This document shows, piece by piece, positions 29,918 through 39,073 of a DNA stretch of 64,000 nt. Positions within the stretch are counted from its first letter, which is position 1. Every line of letters starts with the position of its first letter. Location: positions 3,712,001-3,776,000 of the forward strand of contig JASGJH010000001.1 of the NCBI GenBank assembly GCA_047601445.1, given 5' to 3'. The stretch is from Myxococcales bacterium. GTDB lineage: Bacteria; Myxococcota_A; Polyangia; Polyangiales; DASUME01. A program made the position numbers and the translations under genes. The notes below the pieces were generated by a model. It made no database searches, was not told where the DNA came from, and was given only the letters and a program-made list of their open reading frames with translations.

Positions 29918-30973
29918 TCACTCGCACAAGTGCGAGTTCTGGTTGCACTTGGGGCCGGCCTGTCCACCGTTCTGCTGAGGTGCATCGCCCAGGCAAAAGC
30001 CGACGGTACCGAGAACACAGCAGGGAGATCCGGCCTTGTCACCGCAGGCCGTACACATGCTGTTCGAGCAGACCTGGGGCGGGTTGAACTTGCACGGCAT
30101 GTTGCACTTGCCGCAGTTCTGGAATGACGTGCTGGTGTCGACGCACGAGTCGCCGCACATGGTGCCCGGCGCCGGACAGGAGCACTTTCCAGCGGTGCAC
30201 ACGCCGGCCGGACCGCAGCTGTGGCCGCATTGGCCGCAATGACGGGGATCGGTCTGCAGGTCGGCGCAGGCGTTCTGCCCGCACGCCATGGTGTTCGCCG
30301 GGCACGCGCACTTGCCGGCATTGCACACCTGGTCGCCCGCACACACCGCGTTGTCGTCGATCTTGCCATCGCAGTCGTCGTCCAAGTTGTTGCAGCGCTC
30401 GGTCTTGCCCGGGCCCACGCGCGGGTCCATGTCGTTACAGTCGCCGCCACCGCAGGCCGTGGGCGGCAGACCGTCGCGATCGACATCGAGCGGCGAGAAC
30501 GTGCACACCATATCCATGCTGCAGCGCTCGTTCGTGGTGCATTCGTCCTTATCGGTGCAGTCGGACGGCATGGTGCACGCCTTGCCCATGACGCAGCCCT
30601 GGGTGGGATGGCACGACGCGCCGTCGTCGCAGGCACCCGGGTTGAGCACGTGCGTACAGTCGCCGGCCAGATTGCAGCGATCGTTGGTGCACTCGTTCGT
30701 ATCCATGCAGGTCTGCTGACAGGCCTTCTGCGCGGCCGCGTCTTGACCAGGCAGGACACCTCCGTCGTCGAGCGGATTGTCCACCGAGCCGTCCTGCCCC
30801 TGGCCCGGCATGCTCAGCGAGCCGTCCATTTGGGACATCATCGAGTTGCCGCCATCGTCATCGGGCGTCGTCGAGGCGTCTCCCTTGGAACCGCCTTCTC
30901 CGCCTCCATCACAGGCTGCAAAACTCAACACGAGGATGCTCAGACCGTACGTTCGTAGCTTCTTTCCCACCAT
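29918..30973 (-). CDS. Cys-rich repeat lipoprotein with putative metal-binding (MopE-like) motif
   Basis: FAAC lipobox; DCNDMDPRVGPGKTERCNNLDDDCDGKID; DLQTDPRHCGQCGHSC-type repeats. Confidence 0.8.
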   Translation of the reverse strand: MVGKKLRTYGLSILVLSFAACDGGGEGGSKGDASTTPDDDGGNSMMSQMDGSLSMPGQGQDGSVDNPLDDGGVLPGQDAAAQKACQQTCMDTNECTNDRCNLAGDCTHVLNPGACDDGASCHPTQGCVMGKACTMPSDCTDKDECTTNERCSMDMVCTFSPLDVDRDGLPPTACGGGDCNDMDPRVGPGKTERCNNLDDDCDGKIDDNAVCAGDQVCNAGKCACPANTMACGQNACADLQTDPRHCGQCGHSCGPAGVCTAGKCSCPAPGTMCGDSCVDTSTSFQNCGKCNMPCKFNPPQVCSNSMCTACGDKAGSPCCVLGTVGFCLGDAPQQNGGQAGPKCNQNSHLCE

Positions 30974-31122
30974 AAAAGCCCCCTACGCCTGCCCTTATGA
31001 CCGCACTGACACCCGTTCGTCACCAAAAAAGGCAACTGGAAAGACCTTCGATTCTCGAGAATTCACGCAGCTATGGCGCGAGCGTCTTGGAAGGAGCCGC
31101 ACGTCGAAGGCATGCTGATGAG

Positions 31123-31527
31123 ATGAGCGCTTCCACAATCATCGAATTAAGTAAGACGCCAGTTCACTTGGGCCTGGGTGCGATTGTGAGAATTCAGGAA
31201 CCTTTTACCGGCGACCTGGAATGGTACGAGCGCTACGGAAAACGGAACCAAAAAGATGGTGTGGAAGGCCGTCTGGTGAGTCTGCATTCTTTCAGTGAAC
31301 CCTGGGATACCTGGGAGATGCATCCCAAGGGCGAAGAGCTGGTGTTGTGTGTTGCCGGCCAAATCACGCTGCTCCAGGAGATCGCCGGAGAGGTGCGCCA
31401 ATGCACCCTCGGGCCCGGGCAAGCGGCGATCAACGAGGCCGGCGTGTGGCACACCGCCGACGTGAGCATGCCCGCGACCGCGCTCTTCATCACGGCCGGC
31501 GTCGGCACCGAGATTCGCCCCAGATGA
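31123..31527 (+). CDS. cupin domain protein
   Basis: WEMHPKGEELV; GVWHTAD. Confidence 0.88.
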   Translation: MSASTIIELSKTPVHLGLGAIVRIQEPFTGDLEWYERYGKRNQKDGVEGRLVSLHSFSEPWDTWEMHPKGEELVLCVAGQITLLQEIAGEVRQCTLGPGQAAINEAGVWHTADVSMPATALFITAGVGTEIRPR

Positions 31528-31593
31528 AGCGAGTAGTCGCGCTCGGCTGAGCAGGCCAGCACTCACGTGGAGCAGGCTGGTTCGGCGCAGCGA

Positions 31594-31663
31594 TTCCCGC
31601 TCGGGAACGCGATGCTCTCGCCGCGCCGCCTCACGCGGCGAGAGCATCGGCCCCCACCGATGC
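31594..31663. repeat. cluster of overlapping inverted repeats
   Basis: Perfect 16-bp stem 31610-31625/31634-31649; alternative 7-bp stem 31644-31650/31657-31663; small stem 31594-31607. Confidence 0.7.
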
Positions 31664-31876
31664 GAGTCGAGCTGGCTCGTGACGCCAACCGGACGCAGCT
31701 CAAGCTATCAAACGATCGCCAGGCGCCATTGTTCGGCCGACACTCAATCGTGTACACATGCGTCCAGCGCGCGAGCGCGACGAGCGTCGTGGGCACGCGC
31801 GGTCAATGCAACGAGCACGAATGAAACAGCGCGCTTGGCCGTAGTCAACGCGGTGCCGACGTGGCAGCCTCTCCTT

Positions 31877-32290
31877 ATGCCAGATTTCAGCCTCTTTGGT
31901 GCCGAACACGTCCGACAATACGAAGCCACCGGCGGCAAGGTCGGCCACGACTGGAACGGCGCAACATGCCTCGTGCTGCGCACCCTCGGCCGCAAATCAG
32001 GCGAGGTACGTAAGTTCCCGCTCATCTACGGCCGCGATGGCGCCAACTACGTAGTCGTCGCCTCGAAGGGCGGCGCCCCCGAGAACCCGGGCTGGTACGA
32101 GAACCTGATGGCGCACCCCAACATCGAGATCCAGGTGCACGACAAGGTCATCCCGGTGACGGCGCACACCGGGTCCGCGCAGGAGAAGGCGCGCGTCTGG
32201 CCCACCATGACCGCGCAGTGGCCCGACTACGACAACTACCAACTGAAGACCAGCCGCGAGATCCCCGTGGTGATCTTGAGCCCGCGCTAG
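31877..32290 (+). CDS. deazaflavin (F420)-dependent oxidoreductase, Ddn/nitroreductase family
   Basis: LRTLGRKSGEVRKFPL; VASKGGAPENPGWYENL; YQLKTSREIPVV. Confidence 0.9.
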   Translation: MPDFSLFGAEHVRQYEATGGKVGHDWNGATCLVLRTLGRKSGEVRKFPLIYGRDGANYVVVASKGGAPENPGWYENLMAHPNIEIQVHDKVIPVTAHTGSAQEKARVWPTMTAQWPDYDNYQLKTSREIPVVILSPR

Positions 32291-32440
32291 GTTCCAACGC
32301 AGTGCGGGAACCGCTGCGGCGAGCCGAACAGGGCCACATCTCGCCGATTTTACTGGAGATTAATCGCTGACGCCCGGGCTCGAGCGCGCTCCCGGGCATG
32401 CGATCGCGCCCCCCACGCCTGGCCACCGCGAGCGCCGCGC

Positions 32441-32824
32441 TCAAGCCATGTGGCAGCCAATGCACTCGAGGTACGCCGCCACGTCCTGATGCTCCGAGCT
32501 GTCTTCGAAGTTGGTCGGCAGCACCTGCAGCTCATCGACTTCGCTCTTGGCGTGGGTGACGCGGAACATCTCCATGGCCAGCCAGGGACCGAGGCCAGGC
32601 ACGCGCGCCACCAGCGCCTCGACCTTTCCTTCCCCATCGGCGATGCCACGCTTCACCAGCTCCATGGCGTCATTGACGCGCAGCTGCGCGTCCTCGCGCA
32701 ATGCGAGCCCGAGCGCCTCGAGGGCCGCTTCCACACCAGCAGCCGCCTGCGCCACCTTGAGCGATGCGAGCTGCTTCGACGCTGCCGCTTCCGTTGCCAC
32801 GCCTTGCTTGATCGTCAGTACCAT
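32441..32824 (-). CDS. hypothetical protein with C-terminal CxxCH
   Basis: GGGGG RBS before ATG 32824; ends YLECIGCHMA. Confidence 0.55.
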   Translation of the reverse strand: MVLTIKQGVATEAAASKQLASLKVAQAAAGVEAALEALGLALREDAQLRVNDAMELVKRGIADGEGKVEALVARVPGLGPWLAMEMFRVTHAKSEVDELQVLPTNFEDSSEHQDVAAYLECIGCHMA

Positions 32825-33072
32825 CTTGTTTCCCCCATCGCGCGTGACGCGCGCGTTCGACTCGATGCGATACGCACGCAGTTCGGGTGCGCTCCCACCA
32901 CGCGCTCCCGTGAACAACGCGTCGCTCACGCGACCCGTGTTCGTCCCGAGGCCCACCATCCCACCGGCACCGCGCGCTGACAACACACAAACTTGCTCTT
33001 TTTACTGCGGCGATTTCTCGTAGATCATGGGCGTGCCCCAGGCTTGGGACAGACCGAAAGCACCATCATCCG

Positions 33073-33792
33073 ATGTCCGAGGTTCGACTCATGCTCGCTG
33101 GAAACCAGCTCGTGCCCCACTCGACACTTCGCCTTCGCCCACCTTTCGCGCTGCTCCTCGCGCTTCTGTGCACCGACTGCGCGAATGCGGAGCGAGCATC
33201 CACCGAAAAGACGCAAGACCTACTTGAAACGCGTGCTCCCGCGCCGGCTCCGATCACGCCGCCGCAGGAAGCGAACGCCGCGCCGACCAACCCACCACAG
33301 GTCGCCACGCCCACACCCACTCCCGCGCCAAGTCCTGCCGTCGCAGGCGATGCCGCGGTGCGGGGGTCCGTGTCCGCAACGCCCAAGGACGGCGAGCTCT
33401 ACGCGGGCTCCCACAAGCTCGGCGTCAATCGCGTGACGGACATGGCGCGCACCGGCAACGTGACTTTCACGAACCGGGCCGGGAGCGTCGTGCTCGAGGG
33501 ACGTGTGGCGCGCGGCGAGCACTGGCTCGAACTCTCGGGTATCGTGGAGCCGAAGGGCCCCAAGCAGTTCGTGCTCACCGGGGTGATGCGGGGAGTGCCC
33601 GACATGGCCTGGGCAGGTGAGCCCCTGAGAGAGCGACGCACTGAAGGCCGCTTCTCCTTCGAGGTGAAGCACGGCCGCCCCTATTGGCGCCTCTACGAGG
33701 TCAACGATCGCCCCTGCGTGTGCGACGACGGGTGCGGCAACGACTTCTGCTACGTGGACATCGAGCTCGCGCCATCCGCCCCCGCAGACTAG
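33073..33792 (+). CDS. hypothetical exported protein
   Basis: Hydrophobic signal; Pro/Thr linker; C-terminal GRPYWRL...CVC...C...CYVDI. Confidence 0.6.
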   Translation: MSEVRLMLAGNQLVPHSTLRLRPPFALLLALLCTDCANAERASTEKTQDLLETRAPAPAPITPPQEANAAPTNPPQVATPTPTPAPSPAVAGDAAVRGSVSATPKDGELYAGSHKLGVNRVTDMARTGNVTFTNRAGSVVLEGRVARGEHWLELSGIVEPKGPKQFVLTGVMRGVPDMAWAGEPLRERRTEGRFSFEVKHGRPYWRLYEVNDRPCVCDDGCGNDFCYVDIELAPSAPAD

Positions 33793-33838
33793 GGATCCCC
33801 CTCACGCCCCGGGTGCACGCTCGGCGTGGCAGCTTGCC

Positions 33839-34402
33839 TCAGTAGGAGAACTGCATGTTGGGGCCGAAGTAGGTGGCGCGAAAGGGCGTGGTTGCAAACC
33901 CCTGGTACGAGACCTCGAGCCCCACCGCGAGGCGCCTGCGCAGGGTCAGCAGGACGCCACCGCCCCCGAGGTAGCTGGCCCCGGTGTCGTTCTCGTGGCC
34001 GATGAAGCCGATGCCCACGCCACCCAGCAGATAGGGCAGCACCGGGCCCAGGCTCAATCCTGCACGGAGCGTCCCCAACCCCGCGATCGCCAGGAAGTCC
34101 TGAGTGACGTAGCCCGTGGCGCGCAGCCCGGGGGCCAGCACGACGGGGCCCAACCGGAAGTCGTAGTAGAAATCCCCGCTGAGGGCGAAGCCCACGTGAT
34201 GTTCGGGGCTGCGAAAGAAGGGGCCCGCGGTGAGGCCGAATTTCGGCCCGCGTGTGGCTTCTGCGACCTCTCGCGGGTTGGCGAGGGCCCGGGTCTCGAC
34301 GTTGGTGGCCTGGGCGGAGGCCAGCCGGGCGCTGCCGCTCAGCAGCAGCGACAGGAGCAAGAGCCGGGTGTAACGCACCAGCAGGTGGTCCTTCCACGTC
34401 AT
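33839..34402 (-). CDS. small outer-membrane beta-barrel protein
   Basis: Signal peptide; alternating amphipathic strands ([10 protein letters not shown]); C-terminal aromatic MQFSY. Confidence 0.7.
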   Translation of the reverse strand: MTWKDHLLVRYTRLLLLSLLLSGSARLASAQATNVETRALANPREVAEATRGPKFGLTAGPFFRSPEHHVGFALSGDFYYDFRLGPVVLAPGLRATGYVTQDFLAIAGLGTLRAGLSLGPVLPYLLGGVGIGFIGHENDTGASYLGGGGVLLTLRRRLAVGLEVSYQGFATTPFRATYFGPNMQFSY

Positions 34403-34638
34403 TTTTTCGGTCTACTGCCAGCTACCGATCCTCGCCATGTGCTGTACAAAAGCAGCGCGGCGCGCTCAGCTGCCCCGTGTCCCGCTGGGAATCCCGGCGA
34501 TCTGCGAATGCCTAGGCCAAGACAGGAGACGTGCGGTTGTGTCGAACCGATGGGATCTGCTAGTCGAATGGCCGAGCGTGCATACGTGCTGAGCAGCGCT
34601 GCGCCCGTAGCGAAACCAGTGCAAAGGAAAAAGCTGCC

Positions 34639-35169
34639 ATGAATGCAGTGAAGAAGACCACGAGCAGCAAGAAGAAGGGCACCGCCGAGGTGGCCAAGAA
34701 GCCCGCAGCGAGCGTCGCTCCGAGCGCCAAGGGAGCGGCCAAGGTGGCCACGAAGGCCGCCAAGAAGTCGAGTGGCAAGGATGCCAAGGCCGAGGCCGGC
34801 AAGAAGGCTCCTGCCAAGAAGGCGGCCCCCGCCAAGAAGGCGGCCCCTGCCAAGAAGGCAGCCCCCGCCAAGAAGGCAGCCCCCGCTAAGAAGGCGGCCC
34901 CCGCTAAGAAGGCGGCCCCCGCCAAGGCGCCTGCCAAGAAGGCAGCCCCCGCTAAGAAGGCGGCCCCCGCCAAGAAGGCAGCTCCTGCCAAGAAGGCGGC
35001 CCCCGCCAAGAAGGCGGCCCCCGCCAAGAAGGCAGCTCCTGCCAAGAAGGCGGCTCCCGCCAAGAAGGCGCCCACCAAGAAGACCTCGCCTGTTGCGAAG
35101 GCGCCCGCCAAGGCAGCGCCTGCCAAGAAGGCGCTCGCCAAGAAGACCACGGCCAAGATCTCCACCTGA
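34639..35169 (+). CDS. histone H1-like Lys/Ala/Pro-repeat DNA-binding protein
   Basis: AAGGA RBS; 13 PAKKAA units; about 54 Lys versus 3 acidic residues by hand count; no globular domain. Confidence 0.8.
   Translation: MNAVKKTTSSKKKGTAEVAKKPAASVAPSAKGAAKVATKAAKKSSGKDAKAEAGKKAPAKKAAPAKKAAPAKKAAPAKKAAPAKKAAPAKKAAPAKAPAKKAAPAKKAAPAKKAAPAKKAAPAKKAAPAKKAAPAKKAAPAKKAPTKKTSPVAKAPAKAAPAKKALAKKTTAKIST
34810..35070 (+). repeat. 18-bp coding tandem repeat (PAKKAA)
   Basis: ccY gcY aag aag gcR gcY units: 6 copies, PAKA, 7 copies, PAKKA; variation is synonymous in the + frame. Confidence 0.95.
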
Positions 35170-35194
35170 AGGCGCCACGGCTGTGGTGATCGCC

Positions 35195-35761
35195 ATGGAA
35201 GATCTGAGCATCGCCTCCGACGACCAAGAGTCGGATCGCGACGAGGACCTGGAAGAGGCCGAGGTCGACGCGGACGAAGTCGTCGAGGCCGAGGGCGAGA
35301 CCGTGGAGGAGACGAGCACGCCGCGCACGGGCCGAGCCTCCTTCGAAGAAGAAGAAGACGAAGAAGAAGACGACGAAGAAGAAGACGAAGAGAACGAGGA
35401 AGAGGAAGAGAGCGCGGAAGAGGAAGAAGAGAACGAAGAAGAGAAGTCGTCGAGCTACGAAGACGAAGAAGACGAAGAAGAAGACGAAGACGAAGAAGAC
35501 GAAGAAGAAGACGAAGACAAAGACGAGCGCGCTGACAAAGAGGACGACGAGCGCGAGGAGTCGCGTGAGTTCGGACAGAGTGAATCCCGCGACGACGAAG
35601 AGCGCGACGAAGACGAAGAAGACGAAGAAGACGAAGAAGACGAAGAAGACGAAGAAGAGTACGAGCCCGGCGACGACTCCTCCGTTCGCGACGTCAACGA
35701 AGAGGACGACGACGAAGACGACGAAGACGACGAAGAAGACGAAGACGACGACGAAGACTGA
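35195..35761 (+). CDS. extremely acidic low-complexity (Asp/Glu) protein
   Basis: 188 aa, about two thirds D/E; gaa/gac triplet tracts; GGTGATC anti-SD match before ATG; may instead be fused to the upstream ORF via an indel. Confidence 0.7.
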   Translation: MEDLSIASDDQESDRDEDLEEAEVDADEVVEAEGETVEETSTPRTGRASFEEEEDEEEDDEEEDEENEEEEESAEEEEENEEEKSSSYEDEEDEEEDEDEEDEEEDEDKDERADKEDDEREESREFGQSESRDDEERDEDEEDEEDEEDEEDEEEYEPGDDSSVRDVNEEDDDEDDEDDEEDEDDDED

Positions 35762-36077
35762 CCAGGCAGAAAAGCCGGCTTGCTCCCCCATCGCAGTCTG
35801 GCTGCCTGACCCGCCTTGGTTTGTGCGCTCGCGCAGGCCGAACCACATGTGGTGCGGGCACTGCGCAAGGCCGCGAATCTCTCTTCAACGAAGCTCGAAA
35901 GCCGCCTCGCCATCGAGGCGTAATCAAGCCCACCATCGTGCAACATGGGCTTGCCTATCGGTGCATGATAGGTGGCAAACTTAAGCGCACAGAGTTTCGG
36001 GGGAACGACACCGCAGCGCCTCGCCCTTGGGGAGCGCATTCGTAGCGGTGCGCCCAAGCAGCGGAGGAACAGGTTTC

Positions 36078-36791
36078 ATGCGGAGAACGTGGACGGCGAT
36101 GTCGGTCTTTTTGTGGGCTTGTGCCGGCGGTCAAACGCCCCAGCTCAACACGGCCGCGGAGGCCAGCAGTGCCCAGCCCAAGTCGGCGGAGGAAGCTCCC
36201 GCTGCGGACGCCTTGAGCAAGAGCGCTCCTCAAACCGCCCAGAGCTCCGCCAACAACGCCAAGACCGTGCCTGCGCCCCAGGGCTGCACACCGAGCGCCG
36301 GTCAGCCCAAGACGGTCTCCGGTGAGAGCAGCGCGAGCGACAGCGCCGAGACGGGCCAGGCCCTGATCTTCGACGTCGCCGGCATCGGGCTCGAGTTCCC
36401 CGCCTGTACCCCGGAGACAGACGTCCGCGTGATCACGGTCTCGTGGGACACCAAAGATCGCCCCAACGCCTCGCATATCCATCCGAACTTCTCGCGACAC
36501 GCCGCCACCTTGCGCGTGGATCAGACGATCACCGCGCGCGACGGTTCTCCGCTGATGGTGCGCCTGCACAGCAAGCGCGAGCTCGCCAAGCCGGGCGAGA
36601 AGTTGGTGCTCGCGGTCGAGAGCAGCGGCGAATGCACCGACCAGAACAAGCGCGACAAGCTCGACGACGACGGTTGCTCGCAGTGGGCAATCTACGACGC
36701 GTCCTTCGACTCCCAGACCAACGAGATGGTCGCGCGCATCCCCGCCACGGGCGGCTATCGCATGCAGTTCGGCTGGCTTCCGAACAAGTAG
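36078..36791 (+). CDS. hypothetical lipoprotein
   Basis: GGAGG RBS; FLWAC lipobox. Confidence 0.7.
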   Translation: MRRTWTAMSVFLWACAGGQTPQLNTAAEASSAQPKSAEEAPAADALSKSAPQTAQSSANNAKTVPAPQGCTPSAGQPKTVSGESSASDSAETGQALIFDVAGIGLEFPACTPETDVRVITVSWDTKDRPNASHIHPNFSRHAATLRVDQTITARDGSPLMVRLHSKRELAKPGEKLVLAVESSGECTDQNKRDKLDDDGCSQWAIYDASFDSQTNEMVARIPATGGYRMQFGWLPNK

Positions 36792-36892
36792 TCACGCTTT
36801 GATCACGCGTGAGCGCGCGTCCTCGCACGCGCCTCGTGCCGAGCTCGGCGTTCTCGATTGACCGGCACCCGCTGCCGGTCATCGTGCTTTAA

Positions 36893-39073
36893 ATGCGTGA
36901 CCTTCTCCGGGCGAAAGCGCCGGTCGCAGCGGCCGCCGTGCTCCTGCTTCCGATCGGCTGCAGCAGGGACTCCAAAGAGGAAGCGACGCGCAGCGGCCAG
37001 TTCGAGCTCGGCACCTTCCGGGTCGAGGTCGGGACCGACGCCAGCCTGCGGGTCAGCCACGCGAGCCTGCCGGAGCGCGTGATCTTCTCGACGCCAGGCC
37101 ACTTCGTGCAGGCCTGGAGCGCGAGCGAGAGCCTGGAAGAGCAGAACGGCTCGGTGACCTTGAACGAGCAGGTCGACGAACGCTGCGACGAGCAGGGCGA
37201 GCTCTCCATCTCCCGAGAAGGAGACGGGCTCCGGATCGCGACCAGCCTCGATTGCAAGGGGGGAACGATCCCCGTCATGCTCAGGTTCGCACCGCTCGGC
37301 GATCGCGCACTCGGCTTTACGTTGAGCATCGCCCCACCCTCCGGCTCTCCGTTCAACCAAGTGGTGCTCACGCCCGAAAGCGTCGCCGGCGAGCGCTTCG
37401 TGGGCTTCGGCGAGCAGTTCAGCTACGTGAACCTGCGCGGGCAGGCCATGCCGATCGTGGTCCAGGAGGGCGGCATCGGGCGCGCGCCGGGCACCGTGCG
37501 CGACCAGGTGGAGGCCTTCGCACCCGGCACTGGCGGCAGCTTCTTCAGCACCTACGCTCCCATGCCCTACTACTTCACGGACCGCGGTCGCTCGCTCCTG
37601 CTCGAGAACAGCGAAGTAAGCTTCTTCGATCTCAGCGGCACGGACACGGTGAGCGTGCGGCTCGCTGGCCTGGACATGCGCGGGAGACTTCTGTTCGGCA
37701 AGACTCCAGGGGACATCGTGGCCGCCTTGAGCGATTACACGGGACGCATGCAGTCCTTGCCCGACTGGATTCAACGCGGCGCCATCGTGGGCATGCAGGG
37801 CGGCACGCAACGCGTGCGCGAGGTGCAGGCTCAACTCGCGGCGCTCGACACGCCCGTGGCAGCTTTCTGGCTCCAGGACTGGGTGGGCAAGCGCGACACC
37901 CCGCTCGGTTCACGCCTGTGGTGGAACTGGCAGCTCAACCAGACGCAGTATCCCGACTTTGCTCCGTTGGTCTCGGACCTGGCCGCCGCCAACGTCCACG
38001 TGCTCACCTACGTGAATCCGTACCTGGTCGACGTAGCAGGCGATCCGGCCTTCACGCGCAACCTCTACGCCGAAGCACGCGAACGCGGTTACTTGGTGAA
38101 GGACCGCGCAGGAAACCCCTATGTGCACGTGAGCGGAACCTTTCAGGCGGGCGTCGTGGATCTCACCAACCCCGCCGCGGTGCGCTGGCTGCAAGACGTC
38201 ATCCGCGACGAGCTGCTCGCCGTGGGTGCCACCGGCTACATGGCAGACTTCGGGGAGGGACTCGCGTTCGACGCCGTGCTCGCGAGCGGCGAGGCCCCCA
38301 CGCTCATGCACAATCGCTGGCCCGAGCTATGGGCCCAGCTCAACCACGACCTGCTGCAGGAGCAAGGCAAGCTCGGCGACGTCGTGTTCTTCACGCGCTC
38401 GGGCTTCACACGCAGCCCCAGCTGGTCGAGCCTGTTCTGGACCGGCGATCAGATGGTGGACTGGGATGCGAACGACGGCATGGCGAGCTCCCTGACGGGA
38501 CTATTGAGCTCCGGCCTCTCCGGCGTCAGCCTCAACCACACCGACATCGGCGGTTACACGGCCTTCGGCGGCGTGAAGCGGAGCGAAGAGCTGCTGCTGC
38601 GCTGGATCGAGTGGAGCGCGTTCACCACCCTTTTTCGAACGCACGAGGGCAATGCGCCGGCAGACAACGCGCAGATCTACAGCAATGCGAGGACGCTCGA
38701 GCATTTCTCGAAGTTCGCCAAGCTGTACGCGGCGCTCGCGCCCTATCGCAAGCAACTGATGCAGGACGCTCAAGCCACGGGCGCTCCCCTGGTGCGACAC
38801 CTGTTGCTCGAATATCCGGACGATCCGCGCGCGTGGGACGCCGGCACGGAGTTCATGCTCGGACCCGACGTGCTGGTGGCGCCGGTCTTTGCCCCGGGCG
38901 CGACGCGCGTGAGTCTCTATCTGCCAGCCGGCTCCTGGGTCCAGCTCTACACGGGCAAGACCTTCGCTACGCCGGGTGATATCGAGGTGGAGGCGCCCCT
39001 CGGACAGCCCGCCGTGTTCTATCGAGCAGGTTCGAATGTCGGACAGACGCTCGAAGCGGCCGCGGCGCCCTAG
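36893..39073 (+). CDS. GH31 alpha-glucosidase, sulfoquinovosidase (YihQ)-like lipoprotein
   Basis: GFGEQFS; GMQGG; WLQDW; RLWWNW; YMADFGE; WTGDQ; HTDIGGY; RTHEGN; lipobox PIGC. Confidence 0.85.
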   Translation: MRDLLRAKAPVAAAAVLLLPIGCSRDSKEEATRSGQFELGTFRVEVGTDASLRVSHASLPERVIFSTPGHFVQAWSASESLEEQNGSVTLNEQVDERCDEQGELSISREGDGLRIATSLDCKGGTIPVMLRFAPLGDRALGFTLSIAPPSGSPFNQVVLTPESVAGERFVGFGEQFSYVNLRGQAMPIVVQEGGIGRAPGTVRDQVEAFAPGTGGSFFSTYAPMPYYFTDRGRSLLLENSEVSFFDLSGTDTVSVRLAGLDMRGRLLFGKTPGDIVAALSDYTGRMQSLPDWIQRGAIVGMQGGTQRVREVQAQLAALDTPVAAFWLQDWVGKRDTPLGSRLWWNWQLNQTQYPDFAPLVSDLAAANVHVLTYVNPYLVDVAGDPAFTRNLYAEARERGYLVKDRAGNPYVHVSGTFQAGVVDLTNPAAVRWLQDVIRDELLAVGATGYMADFGEGLAFDAVLASGEAPTLMHNRWPELWAQLNHDLLQEQGKLGDVVFFTRSGFTRSPSWSSLFWTGDQMVDWDANDGMASSLTGLLSSGLSGVSLNHTDIGGYTAFGGVKRSEELLLRWIEWSAFTTLFRTHEGNAPADNAQIYSNARTLEHFSKFAKLYAALAPYRKQLMQDAQATGAPLVRHLLLEYPDDPRAWDAGTEFMLGPDVLVAPVFAPGATRVSLYLPAGSWVQLYTGKTFATPGDIEVEAPLGQPAVFYRAGSNVGQTLEAAAAP

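Noticed and set aside
34810..35070. Regular repeat resembling a CRISPR array
   Set aside because: Contiguous 18-bp coding units with no unique spacers and no cas genes.
34772..35194. Arg/Pro-rich N-terminal extension (PRRRPP)n of the acidic ORF in the ORF track
   Set aside because: It is the +1 frame of the PAKKAA repeat; repeat variation is silent in the Lys frame and non-silent in this one.
34560..35848. Antisense ORFs encoding (FLAGAA)n and poly-Phe/Val or poly-Ser proteins
   Set aside because: Reverse complements of the PAKKAA and D/E tracts; synonymous variation and RBS favour the + strand.
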